DNA of 64,000 nucleotides from a virus: the IMG/VR virus record IMGVR_UViG_3300020378_001929, positions 1 to 64,000 of that record, one strand, 5' to 3'. A program made the translations under genes and the position numbers. A model generated the notes under the pieces. That model saw nothing but the letters and a program-made list of their open reading frames with translations. It searched no databases and was not told where the DNA came from. Positions 24,755 through 37,900 of the stretch are shown here, in pieces (within the stretch, counting starts at the first letter, position 1; each line of letters begins with the position of its first letter).

Positions 24755-27700
24755 TTAGTATCCTGATCCTCCTTTGGGTCCCGAACTTACACCAGTGGAT
24801 GGCGAAGACTGGATTTGAGGTCTCACACTAGTTTGCGATTGAACTCTTGGGCGAGATGAACTACTTCTACTGCGTCTGCCCGCGGGCTTATTTTCCTGAC
24901 TTGGCGATGATCTGACATTATTGACCGGTTGGGCGCCTTTTAGACTATTGGCTGTTGCTTCTTGGATCACAACGCCGAAGGGACCGGGAGTGTCAGACTT
25001 AATTATTACGCCTTGTTCATCGTAAGTAAATGTCTCGAACTGTTTACCTTCAAGTTCACCAACTGTATTACGCACGTCCATAGATCTACTTTCTCTGTTA
25101 CTAGCTAAGCTTGTTCTCGTGGTTGACCTTTCTTGATATGTGTTCGCCCTATAGCTAGCTGATTGAGTAGAGTTTCTTGCTGAGATTAAGCTCTTTATCG
25201 TATCATAAGCTTCTCCTAATGTACTAGAGTTTAACTCAATATCCCTATATTTGTTTTCCATCTGCTTGATAAATATTTCTTGATTTTCTGATGTTTCTAT
25301 TGTGTTTATGATTGAGTTTTGCAAATCTTTTGAGATAGGATCTAATCTTTCTTTGTCTTTATTGTCTGGCTCACCTTCAAAGCCTAGGTTTGTTGAGCTT
25401 AAAATTCCTTCTAGCGAGGTGCCGCCGACAGAGTTAAGTAGCTCGTTTAATTCGTTGATACTATTGAAAACTCCCTCTTTTGGATCTGGTGTTGTTGGCG
25501 GAGCAGTCCTAGATCTTTCAATCGCCGCCATAATACGGGCATGCGCGCGATTTAAGATTTCAGGATCGTTACTTCGCCCTGGGGATGTTTCCCATAAGTC
25601 TTGTGTTCGATATAACTTATCATCATTTACAATATAACCCTCTTCAGGATTTGAGGCTTCTTCTTTTGCTAAAATATCAGTGATGACATCTATAGTAAAT
25701 ATTCTAGATATCTGAGAACTCTCTTCGGATGCCGGCTCGAAAAGCACAGCATTCTTACTCAGCGCTGACATTTGTGAAGTTGTAACGCCAGAAACCATAA
25801 TTAAGCTATCTGGAAAGTTTATTCCTGACTTTATGCTCTTCTTTTTGTTTCCAAAATTCTGACCGTCGTAAGAAGAGGCGGTGTTGGCTGTGGACAATTT
25901 TTTCACTTTGTCATATAATTTAAAACACAAGTTTTCAAAAAACTCTAAACTCTCGACTGTTGTACTTTTTGGAAGCAAAGATTCAACTATGCTATCTATT
26001 TTTCTAAAATTACTAAATATTGATTCTGCTGTTATAAGATAGTATACCACACAGTAGGATCTGACGACCTTATTCACAACATTAAGATATTGACTTTGGG
26101 CTCGTTCTTTGAACTCTAAAGTAAAATCCTGTATAGAATGGTCGTAGTTTCCTCTCATCACTTCTGAAGATGGTGGAACGGTTGTCTTAAACTGATAACC
26201 ACTGTAAAATAATGAATTTTCCTGACTGATAAATGGTCTTTGTGCTTCTTTTACATACCCCGAGTATGCGTCAAGTCTTTTCTTAAAATCTTTTAGGTGC
26301 TTTTTAAGTGTCTTTAGTACCCCATCTTCCATTGTCAAGTCAACAACATATCTGTATTTTCCTGTATTATAGTTTTCAAATAGGTCATAATCATGCACTT
26401 CTATCAGAGATTTTCTTGGCAAAGGTCCCGAATTTCCACTAGATGGAGGTTGGAAGATTCTTGCCTTTTTGTTGCTAGCCTCTTTTATTATTCTTCCCCC
26501 GGAAACCTCTCTATCAGCGGTAGTGCGAATAATTTCTCTTTTTAGCTCAGTTTGGTCGTACCTTTCATACGCCGGTGATGACACTGAGTTATTTCCAAGT
26601 TGGCTATTAGTAACTCTTTCTCTGTTAACAACCAGCGCTCTTACCGTTGATGCGTCAGTAAAATCATTTAGTAGTCGCGCGCTGAATTCAGCTGATCCTC
26701 TTGATGTTTTATATTTTTCTCTGTGGGCGTCTATAAGATATCCAAACCTAGAATTTGTAGACACAATATCTAACACATCAATAAACATATGAGAGCCATG
26801 AAAGCTTCGACTATTGTTCACGCCAATCCAAGATTTTGGAGTGCCTGAAAGTGGGTTAAAATTATCCTTTTTTATTGATAATATTGCTCTTCTCTTAAGA
26901 TATTCAGAAGCTTGAGATTGGTTGTTATCTTGTGAAAATTCTATGATTTGACCGAGTTGAGCCTTCAATGATCTTAATATAGTGTCCCCAAAAGCTAACG
27001 GACCAGTGTCGGACACCGTTGGCTGAGCTGACATAAATGTATATCCCGAAAACGTATTTTTCTGAGTTAGTGGCTTTCCGTCGTGCCCGAGGGCGCGCTG
27101 AGTGAATTTTGATACAATCTTTGTATTTTTAACTTCTCTGACTTGTAATTTAGCTGCTTCAGACATTCTTTCTGCAAAAGCTGGTCCCGACATATACCCA
27201 ATATATCCATTTGGACCAGGAAAGTCTGAAGTGTGCTCGTGGACTGGTCCACTGTATCTGGCACCGTCGGGGGTAAAAAACGCCTTTCTTTTTGCAGGAA
27301 CGATAAAATCTTGATATGAAACATTTTCTTCATCTTTAATGAGACATTTTTCAAACAAAAGCGGTCCGGACAGTTTAGAAAAAGATGCAATTGCAGACTT
27401 GGGTAAGTCGAAGTCCTCATGTAGCCCTTCTAAATCTATTGATGCAAACGCCATTAGATTCAGTCCATCGATGTCGCTACTAAGGGGATCCCCATTAAAC
27501 GGAACCCTTATGTTAAAAGAGGTATTGTATCCTTCAGGATCGGCTAACGCTGTAGAATCTAAAGGCTCTGTGCCGTATTTTCTCTGTTTAGGATCTTTAT
27601 TAAAATCTTCTTCTTGAAATATTTCGTCTAACGAGACAGCTGCCCATCCAAAAAATTTGTACGGATTATAGCCCGGTCTGGTGGTAAAGCGAGCCCACCA

Positions 27701-28021
27701 CTGTAACTTGCCGCCTTCATCGCCAAGAGCATGATGCCACAATCTGTAAACATTCGCCATGCCGGCAGCTTGGCTTAAACTGGCTATTCGAGTTTCAGGG
27801 TAATAAAAATCAGCCATCCCGCTAGGAGACAATGGCGGAGAGGCAATGAAATAGTACTTTATGTATTGGCTAAATTCTGAGGATCCAATCCAGTTTGTGT
27901 AACTTAGATTTCTAGGTCTTTGCAAAACTGCTTGAATTTCCATATCTTTTTCCGATATTGCAACTTTTTTTATTGCAAACTTTGGAAGAAGTTCGGAATT
28001 CTGAACATAATAGTCTGTCAT
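24755..28021 (-). CDS. Large hypothetical protein (probable virion component)
   Basis: 1088-aa ORF embedded in the baseplate operon; no recognisable motif. Confidence 0.65.
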   Translation of the reverse strand: MTDYYVQNSELLPKFAIKKVAISEKDMEIQAVLQRPRNLSYTNWIGSSEFSQYIKYYFIASPPLSPSGMADFYYPETRIASLSQAAGMANVYRLWHHALGDEGGKLQWWARFTTRPGYNPYKFFGWAAVSLDEIFQEEDFNKDPKQRKYGTEPLDSTALADPEGYNTSFNIRVPFNGDPLSSDIDGLNLMAFASIDLEGLHEDFDLPKSAIASFSKLSGPLLFEKCLIKDEENVSYQDFIVPAKRKAFFTPDGARYSGPVHEHTSDFPGPNGYIGYMSGPAFAERMSEAAKLQVREVKNTKIVSKFTQRALGHDGKPLTQKNTFSGYTFMSAQPTVSDTGPLAFGDTILRSLKAQLGQIIEFSQDNNQSQASEYLKRRAILSIKKDNFNPLSGTPKSWIGVNNSRSFHGSHMFIDVLDIVSTNSRFGYLIDAHREKYKTSRGSAEFSARLLNDFTDASTVRALVVNRERVTNSQLGNNSVSSPAYERYDQTELKREIIRTTADREVSGGRIIKEASNKKARIFQPPSSGNSGPLPRKSLIEVHDYDLFENYNTGKYRYVVDLTMEDGVLKTLKKHLKDFKKRLDAYSGYVKEAQRPFISQENSLFYSGYQFKTTVPPSSEVMRGNYDHSIQDFTLEFKERAQSQYLNVVNKVVRSYCVVYYLITAESIFSNFRKIDSIVESLLPKSTTVESLEFFENLCFKLYDKVKKLSTANTASSYDGQNFGNKKKSIKSGINFPDSLIMVSGVTTSQMSALSKNAVLFEPASEESSQISRIFTIDVITDILAKEEASNPEEGYIVNDDKLYRTQDLWETSPGRSNDPEILNRAHARIMAAIERSRTAPPTTPDPKEGVFNSINELNELLNSVGGTSLEGILSSTNLGFEGEPDNKDKERLDPISKDLQNSIINTIETSENQEIFIKQMENKYRDIELNSSTLGEAYDTIKSLISARNSTQSASYRANTYQERSTTRTSLASNRESRSMDVRNTVGELEGKQFETFTYDEQGVIIKSDTPGPFGVVIQEATANSLKGAQPVNNVRSSPSQENKPAGRRSRSSSSRPRVQSQTSVRPQIQSSPSTGVSSGPKGGSGY

Positions 28022-28911
28022 TTGTTGTCTCCGTAAGTAGGAGTCGTGGGACCGGGTTCAGATCGGGGTTCTGGTAGACGCTCTGCGGCTGCAGCGTTTT
28101 TAGCAAGGGTCATATTAGTATTTTCGTTTATAACTTCTTCGTCTATTTCATCATCAACGACTATCTTAATATATTTAGAAACCTCTTCCTCAGTCTCAAG
28201 TCGAACCCACTTTCCATCATCCTTCTCTTTGAAAATTTCTATGTCGAAGTTTTCCAGTAGGTCGTCTACCTCCAGCTCTTCAAGATCTATAAGGACATCC
28301 TGCTCGTTGTGCGCTATAGAGGTTTTATCTAAAAATTCTATTTTTTTAGCCATCAGGTCCATATAGTATTCTCTTTCGAGAATCTCGTCAGGGACTTCTA
28401 CCTGTTTTCTTCTATCTTCTAGTAATTCGTGGGATGCAGAAAAATTTAATTGGGGAATTGGTAAAGCAATCCCTTCAACTGTAGTTGTTTGCTTCGGATT
28501 CTTAATCTCTGAATCTTCTGCTTTTACTCTAAAAGTTGGCGATTCTTTTTCATTTACCCTGCTGTGTTGTAGAGGGTACTTCAGGATCCTGCCTTGTAGA
28601 AACGGATCTTGTCTTCTTTTGATTTCTGGAAAAGTCTTTACTGATCCTGAGTTTATTAAATTTTGATTCTCTTCAAACCTTTTTTCGATTGGTATCACAA
28701 GATATTGGGTCTTTAGCCTCTGAGCTTCTTCTATTCTCTCGGTTGAGCGTTTTTGGGTTTCCTTTATCCCGGCGAATTCAGAATTATAAATTATGTCATC
28801 GTCAAAAAAACAATAATACACAGGCTTGAAAAACCCTCTCGCTAAAAGGTTTTTTCCAAATTGAGTTAATTTTATGTCTATTACATCCTGTTTTTTATCA
28901 AAAAATGACAC
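28018..28911 (-). CDS. Virion structural protein
   Basis: N-terminus VIDIKLTQFGKNLLARGFFKPVYYCFFDDDIIY parallels the N-terminus of 20255..21310. Confidence 0.65.
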   Translation of the reverse strand: MSFFDKKQDVIDIKLTQFGKNLLARGFFKPVYYCFFDDDIIYNSEFAGIKETQKRSTERIEEAQRLKTQYLVIPIEKRFEENQNLINSGSVKTFPEIKRRQDPFLQGRILKYPLQHSRVNEKESPTFRVKAEDSEIKNPKQTTTVEGIALPIPQLNFSASHELLEDRRKQVEVPDEILEREYYMDLMAKKIEFLDKTSIAHNEQDVLIDLEELEVDDLLENFDIEIFKEKDDGKWVRLETEEEVSKYIKIVVDDEIDEEVINENTNMTLAKNAAAAERLPEPRSEPGPTTPTYGDNK

Positions 28912-28932
28912 TGGGTGACCTCAACTTATAGA

Positions 28933-31900
28933 TTAATCGTAATTATAGCTATCGATTTTGGCTTCTAGCTTAATTAGTTCCACAAAAGAAAAGTAATCGT
29001 ATGGCCAGTTGTAATGAACTAAGCGTTTCCCAGTGCTTGTTTTGCCTGGGAGGGCGTCTGGAAAAGTCCCCTTTGTCACCGCAGGGCGGCTAGCCCTAAG
29101 ATACTCTAGTCTTTCTAGGTTTTGTGACCGCGGATCAATAGACCTTCTTCTTATTGTTTCCAAATTGTCGATACCTCTTTGCTTGACTTTAAAAACAATC
29201 CATCTAGTCTTGTTTTCTTCATCAGGAGAAAACAAGTTTCTTGGCTCAGAGACGGGAGATAGATTCTCTCCTGTCAAGTTTGCTGTTTCTAGGTAGTGGC
29301 TTACAAATGAAATATCGTTGTGGCTCCTGAGTCGACCTTCTAGGGCTCTGTTTGAGTTTGATTTTCTTGCAATCGCAGAACTATTCAGAGATTTGGGGTA
29401 AAGGTTCTGCCAAATATTGCTTAAATCTTCTGCATCGAAAGATGCATGGAATTGAAAAAAGTACATCATAAATGGGTCTTGTACCCTTGCGTTTTCTGGT
29501 ACATTTATAAAATCAAACTGAGGTGGGAGTATGAACTCTTCCATCATAAATAGTTGATATTCTATTGCGTCTAGTGGTCCACTGTTGAATGGGGTTTTCA
29601 TTCTACCGTCAAGTGTTGCGCGGAATTCATTATAATCTTCTAAGGTCAGGATCCTATCCGTTAAAACATCAGTCTCCTTTGTGATTTTCATGTTTCTCAC
29701 ATTGTCACTTGCCTTGTTGTACATATCTTCATTAAATTTGATAAATTCAACTCTATTATCTAAATCTTCACGCAAAACATATGGTATAGCCACTATTGCT
29801 TCTTTGACAACCTTCCTATCTTCAACTGTACCAACTTTATCTCTGTACTTTTTTGCTAACTTTAGATTAGCTGCAGATGGTTCTTCTTGGTCATTGAACC
29901 CTAATCTTGCGGCGAGACCAGGGGTGTTGGCGCCAATGGGGACGTCTATTATTGAAAGGTAGTATCCTTTTTTATCCGACTCTTTTAATAATTGTCCTTT
30001 TTGATGCCACATTCCAGTAGAACCAGTCAAAAAGCTGCCGGGAGTAGTTCCTTCTCTGGGTGCGCCAACTCCGTCATAGTACCTATCCCATTGGCGTTCT
30101 TTCCATGGGGATCCAGATACTTGGACTGTCGTACTATTTGCTAAGTCATAAGCTGTTGCTTTTACTGACTTAAAATCTAAAACTGGACTTTCCCATTTTG
30201 TTTGTATTACCCATCTCTCTCTTAAGTTGTTGGGATCCAAAGGCACCACATTCAAGGCACCATCGCCATCGGCGCCGTGTCCCCTGATTTGATCAAAGTT
30301 GTCTGTTCTTAGGGCTGCTATCATACCAAGATTCAGGGAAGCAGAAAGCGACATTGCGTGGTGATAATTTGTGTTGCTATGAGTGCCAGTTTTGGGATCA
30401 GGAACATCGGCATTGCTAGCCTCTTCAACAAAATTATAATATGCATACGAACTAGAGTTCATGACCTCTCTAACTGTATAATCTTTTGTAACAGTAGGGG
30501 AAAAGGTCACTTCAACATACGGTGCGCTGTTTGCGTCCAAAAACGAAGGCACATAGGGCATATACCCATGAGTGTTGGAAACTTTCGTTGTTGTCTTGGT
30601 AAAACCTGCAGATCCCGTTGATTGAAACGGCGTGAACACATCGGATGTTGCGTTTGAATATATATGCCCTTGATATGATGAAGTTATGTGCGAACTGTTC
30701 TTTTCACCATAGGCATTTGACCCAAAGAAAGCCACCCCATGATCGTTTGATACTGTTGACGTACCAGAACCGCCCTTACAATTCACAAACACCCCAACGT
30801 TAGAGGTTGCGCCGATGAGGGTAGTCATTGCGTTCGACGGCATGACGTTGTCGAGATAAGCCTGAGTTGATGAGATGTTGGTAGATTCTTTATAGTCTAA
30901 ATTTGTAGAACCAGATATCACCAGAGTGCTGCCGTCTATATGAACCTTGTTCGTTCCAGATGTTGAAAACCCTAAACCAAGCACAGAGCTTGTTAGGAGT
31001 GTTCTGATTGTTGCCATGACCTCTGCCGCAGATGGCGCTTTAAGTCCGGCGCCGGCATCTTCTTGCACCCTAATGGCTGCAAAATTGTTTGCCACTGTTG
31101 GGTATGGGAAATTTTGGTTGCCAGAGATGTTCCGGAAAGCAACTGCTGTTCCGAGGTTGGCTGTACCTTGCGCGCTCGTGACGCCGAATCGGTTTGCTCG
31201 CGAAGTTGCTGGGACTGTTACCAGACCTTGCAGGGCTCTTTCGATATAATTTTCAATACTGTTATCTGCATCATCAACCCAAGAATAAAAACCAGAAGCA
31301 CTATGATAAAGCATTATTTCAATATTGTCATCTGGACCTTGGATAAAGATTCTAGGATTTCTTGTGTAGTGTCCAGCAGTCGACCCGGTCAAAGTGTAAC
31401 CGGCATTTGAATTACTTGATCCAGATGGATGCCGCATTGTTAACTTGATGTGCGCTGGAATTCCAACGGGGTTACCTTGATACTTGGTTATGGCAACACC
31501 GGTGCCATCGCTACCTGCTTCCGCTACGGGTGGACCGAAGGCTGAGTGCCTGTCATACATCATGGTATCAACGTTTTCCAAGTAAATTCTCATCTTGTAA
31601 TCGTTTCCAGAAGTAAACGTTTGTTTTCCTGGTTTTGAGACCTTTGTTGTCAAATCCCCATCCTTAAGGAAAAAGTTTACAGTCTCTGCGGCAAAGTTTT
31701 GCATTGCCAAAGTATAGGGAGCCAGCTGGGATGTCAAGCTTCCTTCATTGTTTACAAAGAGCGAACCTATGTCTTTCTTTGCAAGAGTATTAAAAGATCC
31801 GAATAGTGCTGGTCTCTCAATAATTTTATTAAACTGTTGATTTCCATAAATAAGACTAGCACTTGGGTGAGGTTCGTTGTCATAAATTCTAACGTTAAAC

Positions 31901-34900
31901 AAGGAGCTTGGACTCAACATTTCCTCAAACTCTATTCTCTTGGACACATGCCCTCGAAGTCGGGGGATACCGTAAACGGTGCTGGATCCACCAAGCCCGC
32001 CACGATTGGTCAAGTTAATTACAGATGCAGTAAAAGGCAAAGGCGCTTTAAGGGAACCTGTGTTATCTCTAAGAATTAGTTTCTTGTCCATACCATCTTG
32101 CGCGAGAGGATGTGTTCCGCCAACTTGATGGGTGCTTGTGCCGGCACTGCTGTCGCCAGTTTGACCAATCTCTGCTTCGGCATTCAACATTAACCATGGC
32201 ACACTTGAGCCGAAGTCTGTATTGAAGACTATTTGCGAGTTCCCTTTGTAGTTCGCCATTATATCATTGTTTGACGCGTGATACTGTCCGACATCGGAGA
32301 AAGCAGCGTGGATATTTTGGATTGATCCATAGTCAGTACCATCGTTTCTAGGGAGTCCCCTGTAAACCCCACCAAACGCACCGGAAAAAATAGGATAATC
32401 TGTGGCAAGACCTGCCTTAATTGAGTTAAATAATATACCAGGTCCAAATAAAGGTTTCGTAACCTGGTATCTGGATGCGTTGGCTCGAAGTTTTATAAAC
32501 CTTTTCTGCTCTGTGGAGCTTAATCCGCCTTCATCTAGCTGAGATATATCTATCACATTATCATTTGTAACAACAACATCATCGGGTAGATAATTCTCAT
32601 AAAACAATTCTGCTATTTGCACGGTTCTTTCTGCAGGATAAAAGCCTTTATAAGGCAAGAACTTAGTAACTGCTTGACATCTAAAGTTTATCCTAGCATG
32701 TTCAAGGTTGTTTTCTTTGTCTTGGCGATCTCCGCTGACCTCTTCATCGTATATCTGGAAATACTTAAGAAAATCTGAATTAGAGTATGTCTTAAAAAAG
32801 TTACCGCCGTCGGTAACATTATTGGAAGAACTCAAGTATACGGCTCCAGTCAATATCAAGAAATCATCTCCAATGTTTGGGTACTCTCTTTTAGACTGTA
32901 CAATATCGTCAACAAATTCACTGATTCTAAACTCTGGCACGAGGGAGTGATCTTGTCCTAATATCCTGGTTTCTGCTGCATAGTCAGAATAAGAATCATA
33001 GAAAGGTCCCAGCGTTCCACTTGCTGCTTCCCACTTTGCTTCGCCGGCGAGATAAATAAAATTTCCGTAGGACTGCGGGACTCTTCTGTTATAAATAACA
33101 GAATGTGGAGGTGTACCATATAAGTTATTCATTCCTAGAGGAAATGTACTGTAATCGTTTTGGAGAATGCCCTCCCCTCTTGTTCCCTGCTTTCCTGTAC
33201 TAGAAGTTAAATAAATTGTGTCGCGCGTCATAAAAGATACTCTTATGTCTACTGGTGTTGACCCAAAATCTCTTCTAGAGTCTAGCGGCCATGTCGAAGA
33301 CGTTATGTGCAGGATGCCGCGGTGGGGGTTAAAGCTCCCAGTATGCTGCATAAGAACCAGGAGAGCATCTTTGCCAGCGAATGAGTTTTGCGGACTTTTT
33401 AGCTTTTTATCTTCAAATTCTGGGAATAACCTTAAAGTAGTACCGGCGTTGGATCCGCCGATGATTGACCCTGCTGCAGTTCTCGTTGTTGCCCTTTCAG
33501 GTCGAGTGATAGAAATAAGTTTAGCGCCGAAAATATCGTGAGTTACATTTCCTGATAGAATTAAGTGTCGGGTGTCTCTATCTGAGTTCCATGGAAAATA
33601 CTTAAACTTTGTTCTTTCTCTTGCAAATTGACTATAAGTGTTTACCTCTCGGGGGTAAATTGTTTCCTTATAGTTTATTTCTAGCATTTTTTGCTGAACT
33701 TGATAAGAATCAAGTAAGTTATAAGCGTAATCAAAAGTTCCATGCGTACGCTTTTCTTTGAACTGTATGTCCTTAATAAAATCTGAATTTGCAAAACTTG
33801 TAATATCGTTCGGCGCGGTGTTGGTGCTGATAGTGCCGGCTGATTTCAATATCTCTGGAATTGGCATTGACAGATCTTTGAAGTATTGTAATTTTCCAAA
33901 CCAACTTAACTCGCGCTGGCGTTGAGATAAGCGCGGGTAGAACTCTTTGTCTCTGGAGGAGTTTACAAATTCTCTTGGATCTCTAGGGTCGCGACCAAGC
34001 GTAAACTTTTCATCCTTATTTAGGGTGCGGTTTGGTATTCGTTTTGACCCCAAGATTATACGAATTGGATTGAACTTTCCAGTTGCAACAGGGTCAACAT
34101 AATTTTTGACCACTCTGCTTGCATTATAAGCTGGCTTTGAGTCCAAAAACCTAGCCCTCTCGTACGGATCAATAATATTGGCATGCGAGCTGGCTGCAAT
34201 ATTCATCGATGGTGCAACTTCTGACCTTACCAGGTAAGACGGAGAGGTTATTGCCCTTTTCGGGAAAGCCAAGAACGTTCTAGATATCGTATTGGTTTTC
34301 CGGTGAGCGCGGGCTATTGGATGGTTGCCTGTTCTAATTTGTTTCCAGGATGGCCATCCATACGGACCTTGTCGATGAACTATGATGCTGTTTAATAAAG
34401 ACTTCTCTCCAGCATACTTATCTTCACCTCCAGAGTGAAATGGAGGGTTTATTAATTCCTCACCAGCTAGACCGTTCATGAAAAATTGATTTAAATAATT
34501 AGCACTTAGGCGAGACATGTCTCCTGTGACATTTGTTATCTCAAGGGATCCATACCCCACTGTATTAGTGGAAGAGGAGATTGGTTCATAAATAGCAGCG
34601 TTTAATCCAACAAAATCAATAGCTCTTGTTTGCGAGGGATTTGCTGACTGTTCACGCGCTAACCCATAAAACATATTATTCTGATATGCGTAATATACCA
34701 CTTCACTAGCGCTTAAAAATTGTATCGATTTTGCACTGGCGCTAGTATAAGTGTGCTGATGTCCTAAACCTGCGTTCCTGCTTACAAAATCAGACTTTGT
34801 ATTGACTGCGCTTGCCGTGATCCAAGAATAGTGAAAATCATTTTGTGGTATCGGATGCTGCACGAAAAAGTTATCTGCTTTTTCCACTAACGACGCTTTG

Positions 34901-37900
34901 CCCCCAGATGATCCCAAAGAATAGTTTCGATTAGTTACGTGAACAGACTGTTGCGCTTTGCCGAACTGCGTTACAATAAAGTTGCCCGGGTTTTTGACGC
35001 TTAAAACAATGCTCCAGGTGTCTCTCGAAGCGAGCCCTGATGTCGTACCCTGATTAAAGCGATGATGAAATGAAAGCGTTGTAAAATTGCTGGCTTTGGA
35101 GTCGCCGTGGTGGTCAACAGATGCTGAAAGATGGTTCCGGAAACCCTCCGCAGACAGTGCAGTATTCGGGTGGTCGAAAAGTGTCTTTATCACTTCGGCT
35201 TGCATTCCGGTGAGCGAGTACCCGTCCGGTGTGGTATCGAAATTGCTTCCGCCACTTGTGAAGTTTGACGCCGCGGCGCCAACGGCCAATTCCTTTGGTG
35301 AGCCAGTGCCGAAATCTATAGCTATTGTATCCCCTATTTCAAGCGGTTGAAACATAATTATGCTTGCTGGAGTATAGTAAGTTCCTCCTGATCTTTGTCC
35401 GCCGCGGAGAGATTTTTCTTTGTGAAGTCTATTGAGGACTGCTCTTGTTGATAGATTTCTATAGTTTAGACCGTTATAGACCGAATATTCTTCTGACTCT
35501 TTATCTCGACCATAGACCCCTTGTGTTTCTGGACCACCAGGAGACGAAAACCTGTTAACAAATACATGCTTTGCTGTGCCCCTGGATGGCACTGTATAAT
35601 CAATTATACCGGCTCTAAGTTGTGTTCCTGTTGTGACAACGCTTCCACTATCCTTTACATAGGCATTGTTCAGGCTTCTACCAGACGTTTGAACAATGTC
35701 GTAGTCTTCCCTGTAGTTGCCCATTGCGATAGGTGAGATGCCAGTATTTTCTTTTATGTTTCGTATATTTACTGGACCTTTGACTCCCATACCGCGTGGA
35801 GTATATGACCGCGGACCGGTGGATTGCTTCATTGTAAAAACAGTACTTGACGCCGACAATATGTAGGCTTCTGGTCTGTCTTTGTCCGCTGTTCCAAATT
35901 TCACTCTTCTGTGTGGCATGCCACCGACAAATTCTCTAGTAAAAACCCCTTGCATAACACCATAATCATCATCATGATTATTTGTTAGGGTTAATTTGTC
36001 CTTAAAATTAGAAAAGTCTGTACCAACAGAGGAGCTGTACAAAGTAAATGGGAAAATCATATCGGCATCTGCGTCTAAATACCCATCTGTACCTGCCGTG
36101 TTAGCAATAGCTGTATATATATCTTCATGCTGAGGGTCTATAACATCATTGCAATTCTTGAACTCATAAATGTCTGATTTGTTTACAGTTATTTCTCCAC
36201 CAGAAGCGATTATTGGTTTGTGCAAAAATTTATTTTTTGACGCGTTTCGATTTGATCCCATATCTAAAGTTCTAAGATGATCACCAACAAAGTTATATGG
36301 CCTAGATAATCTTCTAAGTACGTATGTAGATCCGGCGGCAGAACTTACTACTGTGTTTATCCTTTGTCTTATCTGCTCTCTGTCAGGGTTTACATTATCC
36401 GACACTGATAAAACCTTGTCTCTTTCTGCTCTTTCCTGCCACCATAGACAATTTTTCGGATGATCTTGGAAAGTTGTTACTACCGTGTTTGTTCCTCCGG
36501 CGAATGCTGCCGAGATTGAGGCACTCGAAAAAGTATGTTGATGAGTTGTATCTTGTAACTGCGCTGACAAATGATTAGTCAACGAGTTGCTGCCTCCTCC
36601 GGAATCATAATCTACACTAATACTTGCAGCCGAGTGGAGACCTGTGAAAAATACCGTTCGAACGGTGCCGCCGGCGCTTGCAGTCAAGCTTTGGAGGTTG
36701 GTCCCATCAGTTCCGTTTACTGCGGCGATTATACGATCTCTCATAGTGGTGACTTCATTTGGAGGCACTGTACCAATTGGAATCTCTCTATCATCCGAAG
36801 GCGGATAAGTTGAGTTACCAGTAAATGTTAATGTTCGACTGAGTCCTCCGTCGGAAACAAGTATTGAGCTGCTAATAAACTGTGATCTATTTGAGAAAGC
36901 AGATGTATTCAAAGTAAAAAACTTTTTCTGCCTTCTTGTTGCAGCGGTTATTGTAGTATTACCTGCGGTGCCAGCCGTTGCTTGAGTCAACGTTACAGTA
37001 TTTGTTCCAGCAGAATGATCAAGAACGATTTTACTGTTGGAAGAACCAGCGTTATGTCCCGTGGCACCGTTGATGGCAGTGACCAAATTAGCATAGGTGG
37101 TATCAACGTTTCCTCCATTAATTGATACTGCTATGTTCCCACCTGCAACCGTGCCGCCGCCGGCGGCAGAATTAAATTCATAAGTCTTGCTGGTCCCGTC
37201 TGTGGAAATTATAGTTAATGTATCCCCGTCTTCAGGATTTCCAGTGTATACTATTGATCCGGATGCAGCAGTCTGAGTTGATGTTGATGATGTAAGGAGC
37301 GGGGCATGACCATGCTCCCAATCATATAGAAGCTCGTTTACACCTAATATTTGCCCAACAAGCTTTGGATCCTTGTACTCAAATTGAGGTGCTTGATGCT
37401 TGTACTTATTTCTTTCAAATACGTGGCTCTCTACTACATCCTCTAAGTTTAAATTCATATTCGAAGTCGCTGGTTGCAACTGTCGAAGAAGATTTGCGAG
37501 AGAAGAGTCTATCCATTTATAGTATTCGATAAAACTTTCAAGATCTATCTTGTTTTCTACTCTAGCGAAGAATCTATCTCTCAGTTTCTCCAGTGTCTTA
37601 TATTCTTGGCGATATTTGTATACTGGCTCACCTATCAGATTGTTAAAGGCGGTGGCGCCAGCTAACATGTTAAGCATCTCTTTAGATATGACTTGGTACA
37701 TGCTTTTTTCATATGTATGCAAGTATGACATTGGCTTACTGTCTAGAGTAAAAGAGTCAACCTCTCTATCTTTAATTTCTATTTTGGACTCTGCCTCAAG
37801 GTTATCCACATTTAGATATCGAACATTTGGTATATATTCCTGTCTAATGGACCCTTCTTGGTGCTGCAAGTTGTGAGTCACTGCTGGGTATTTGTACCCT

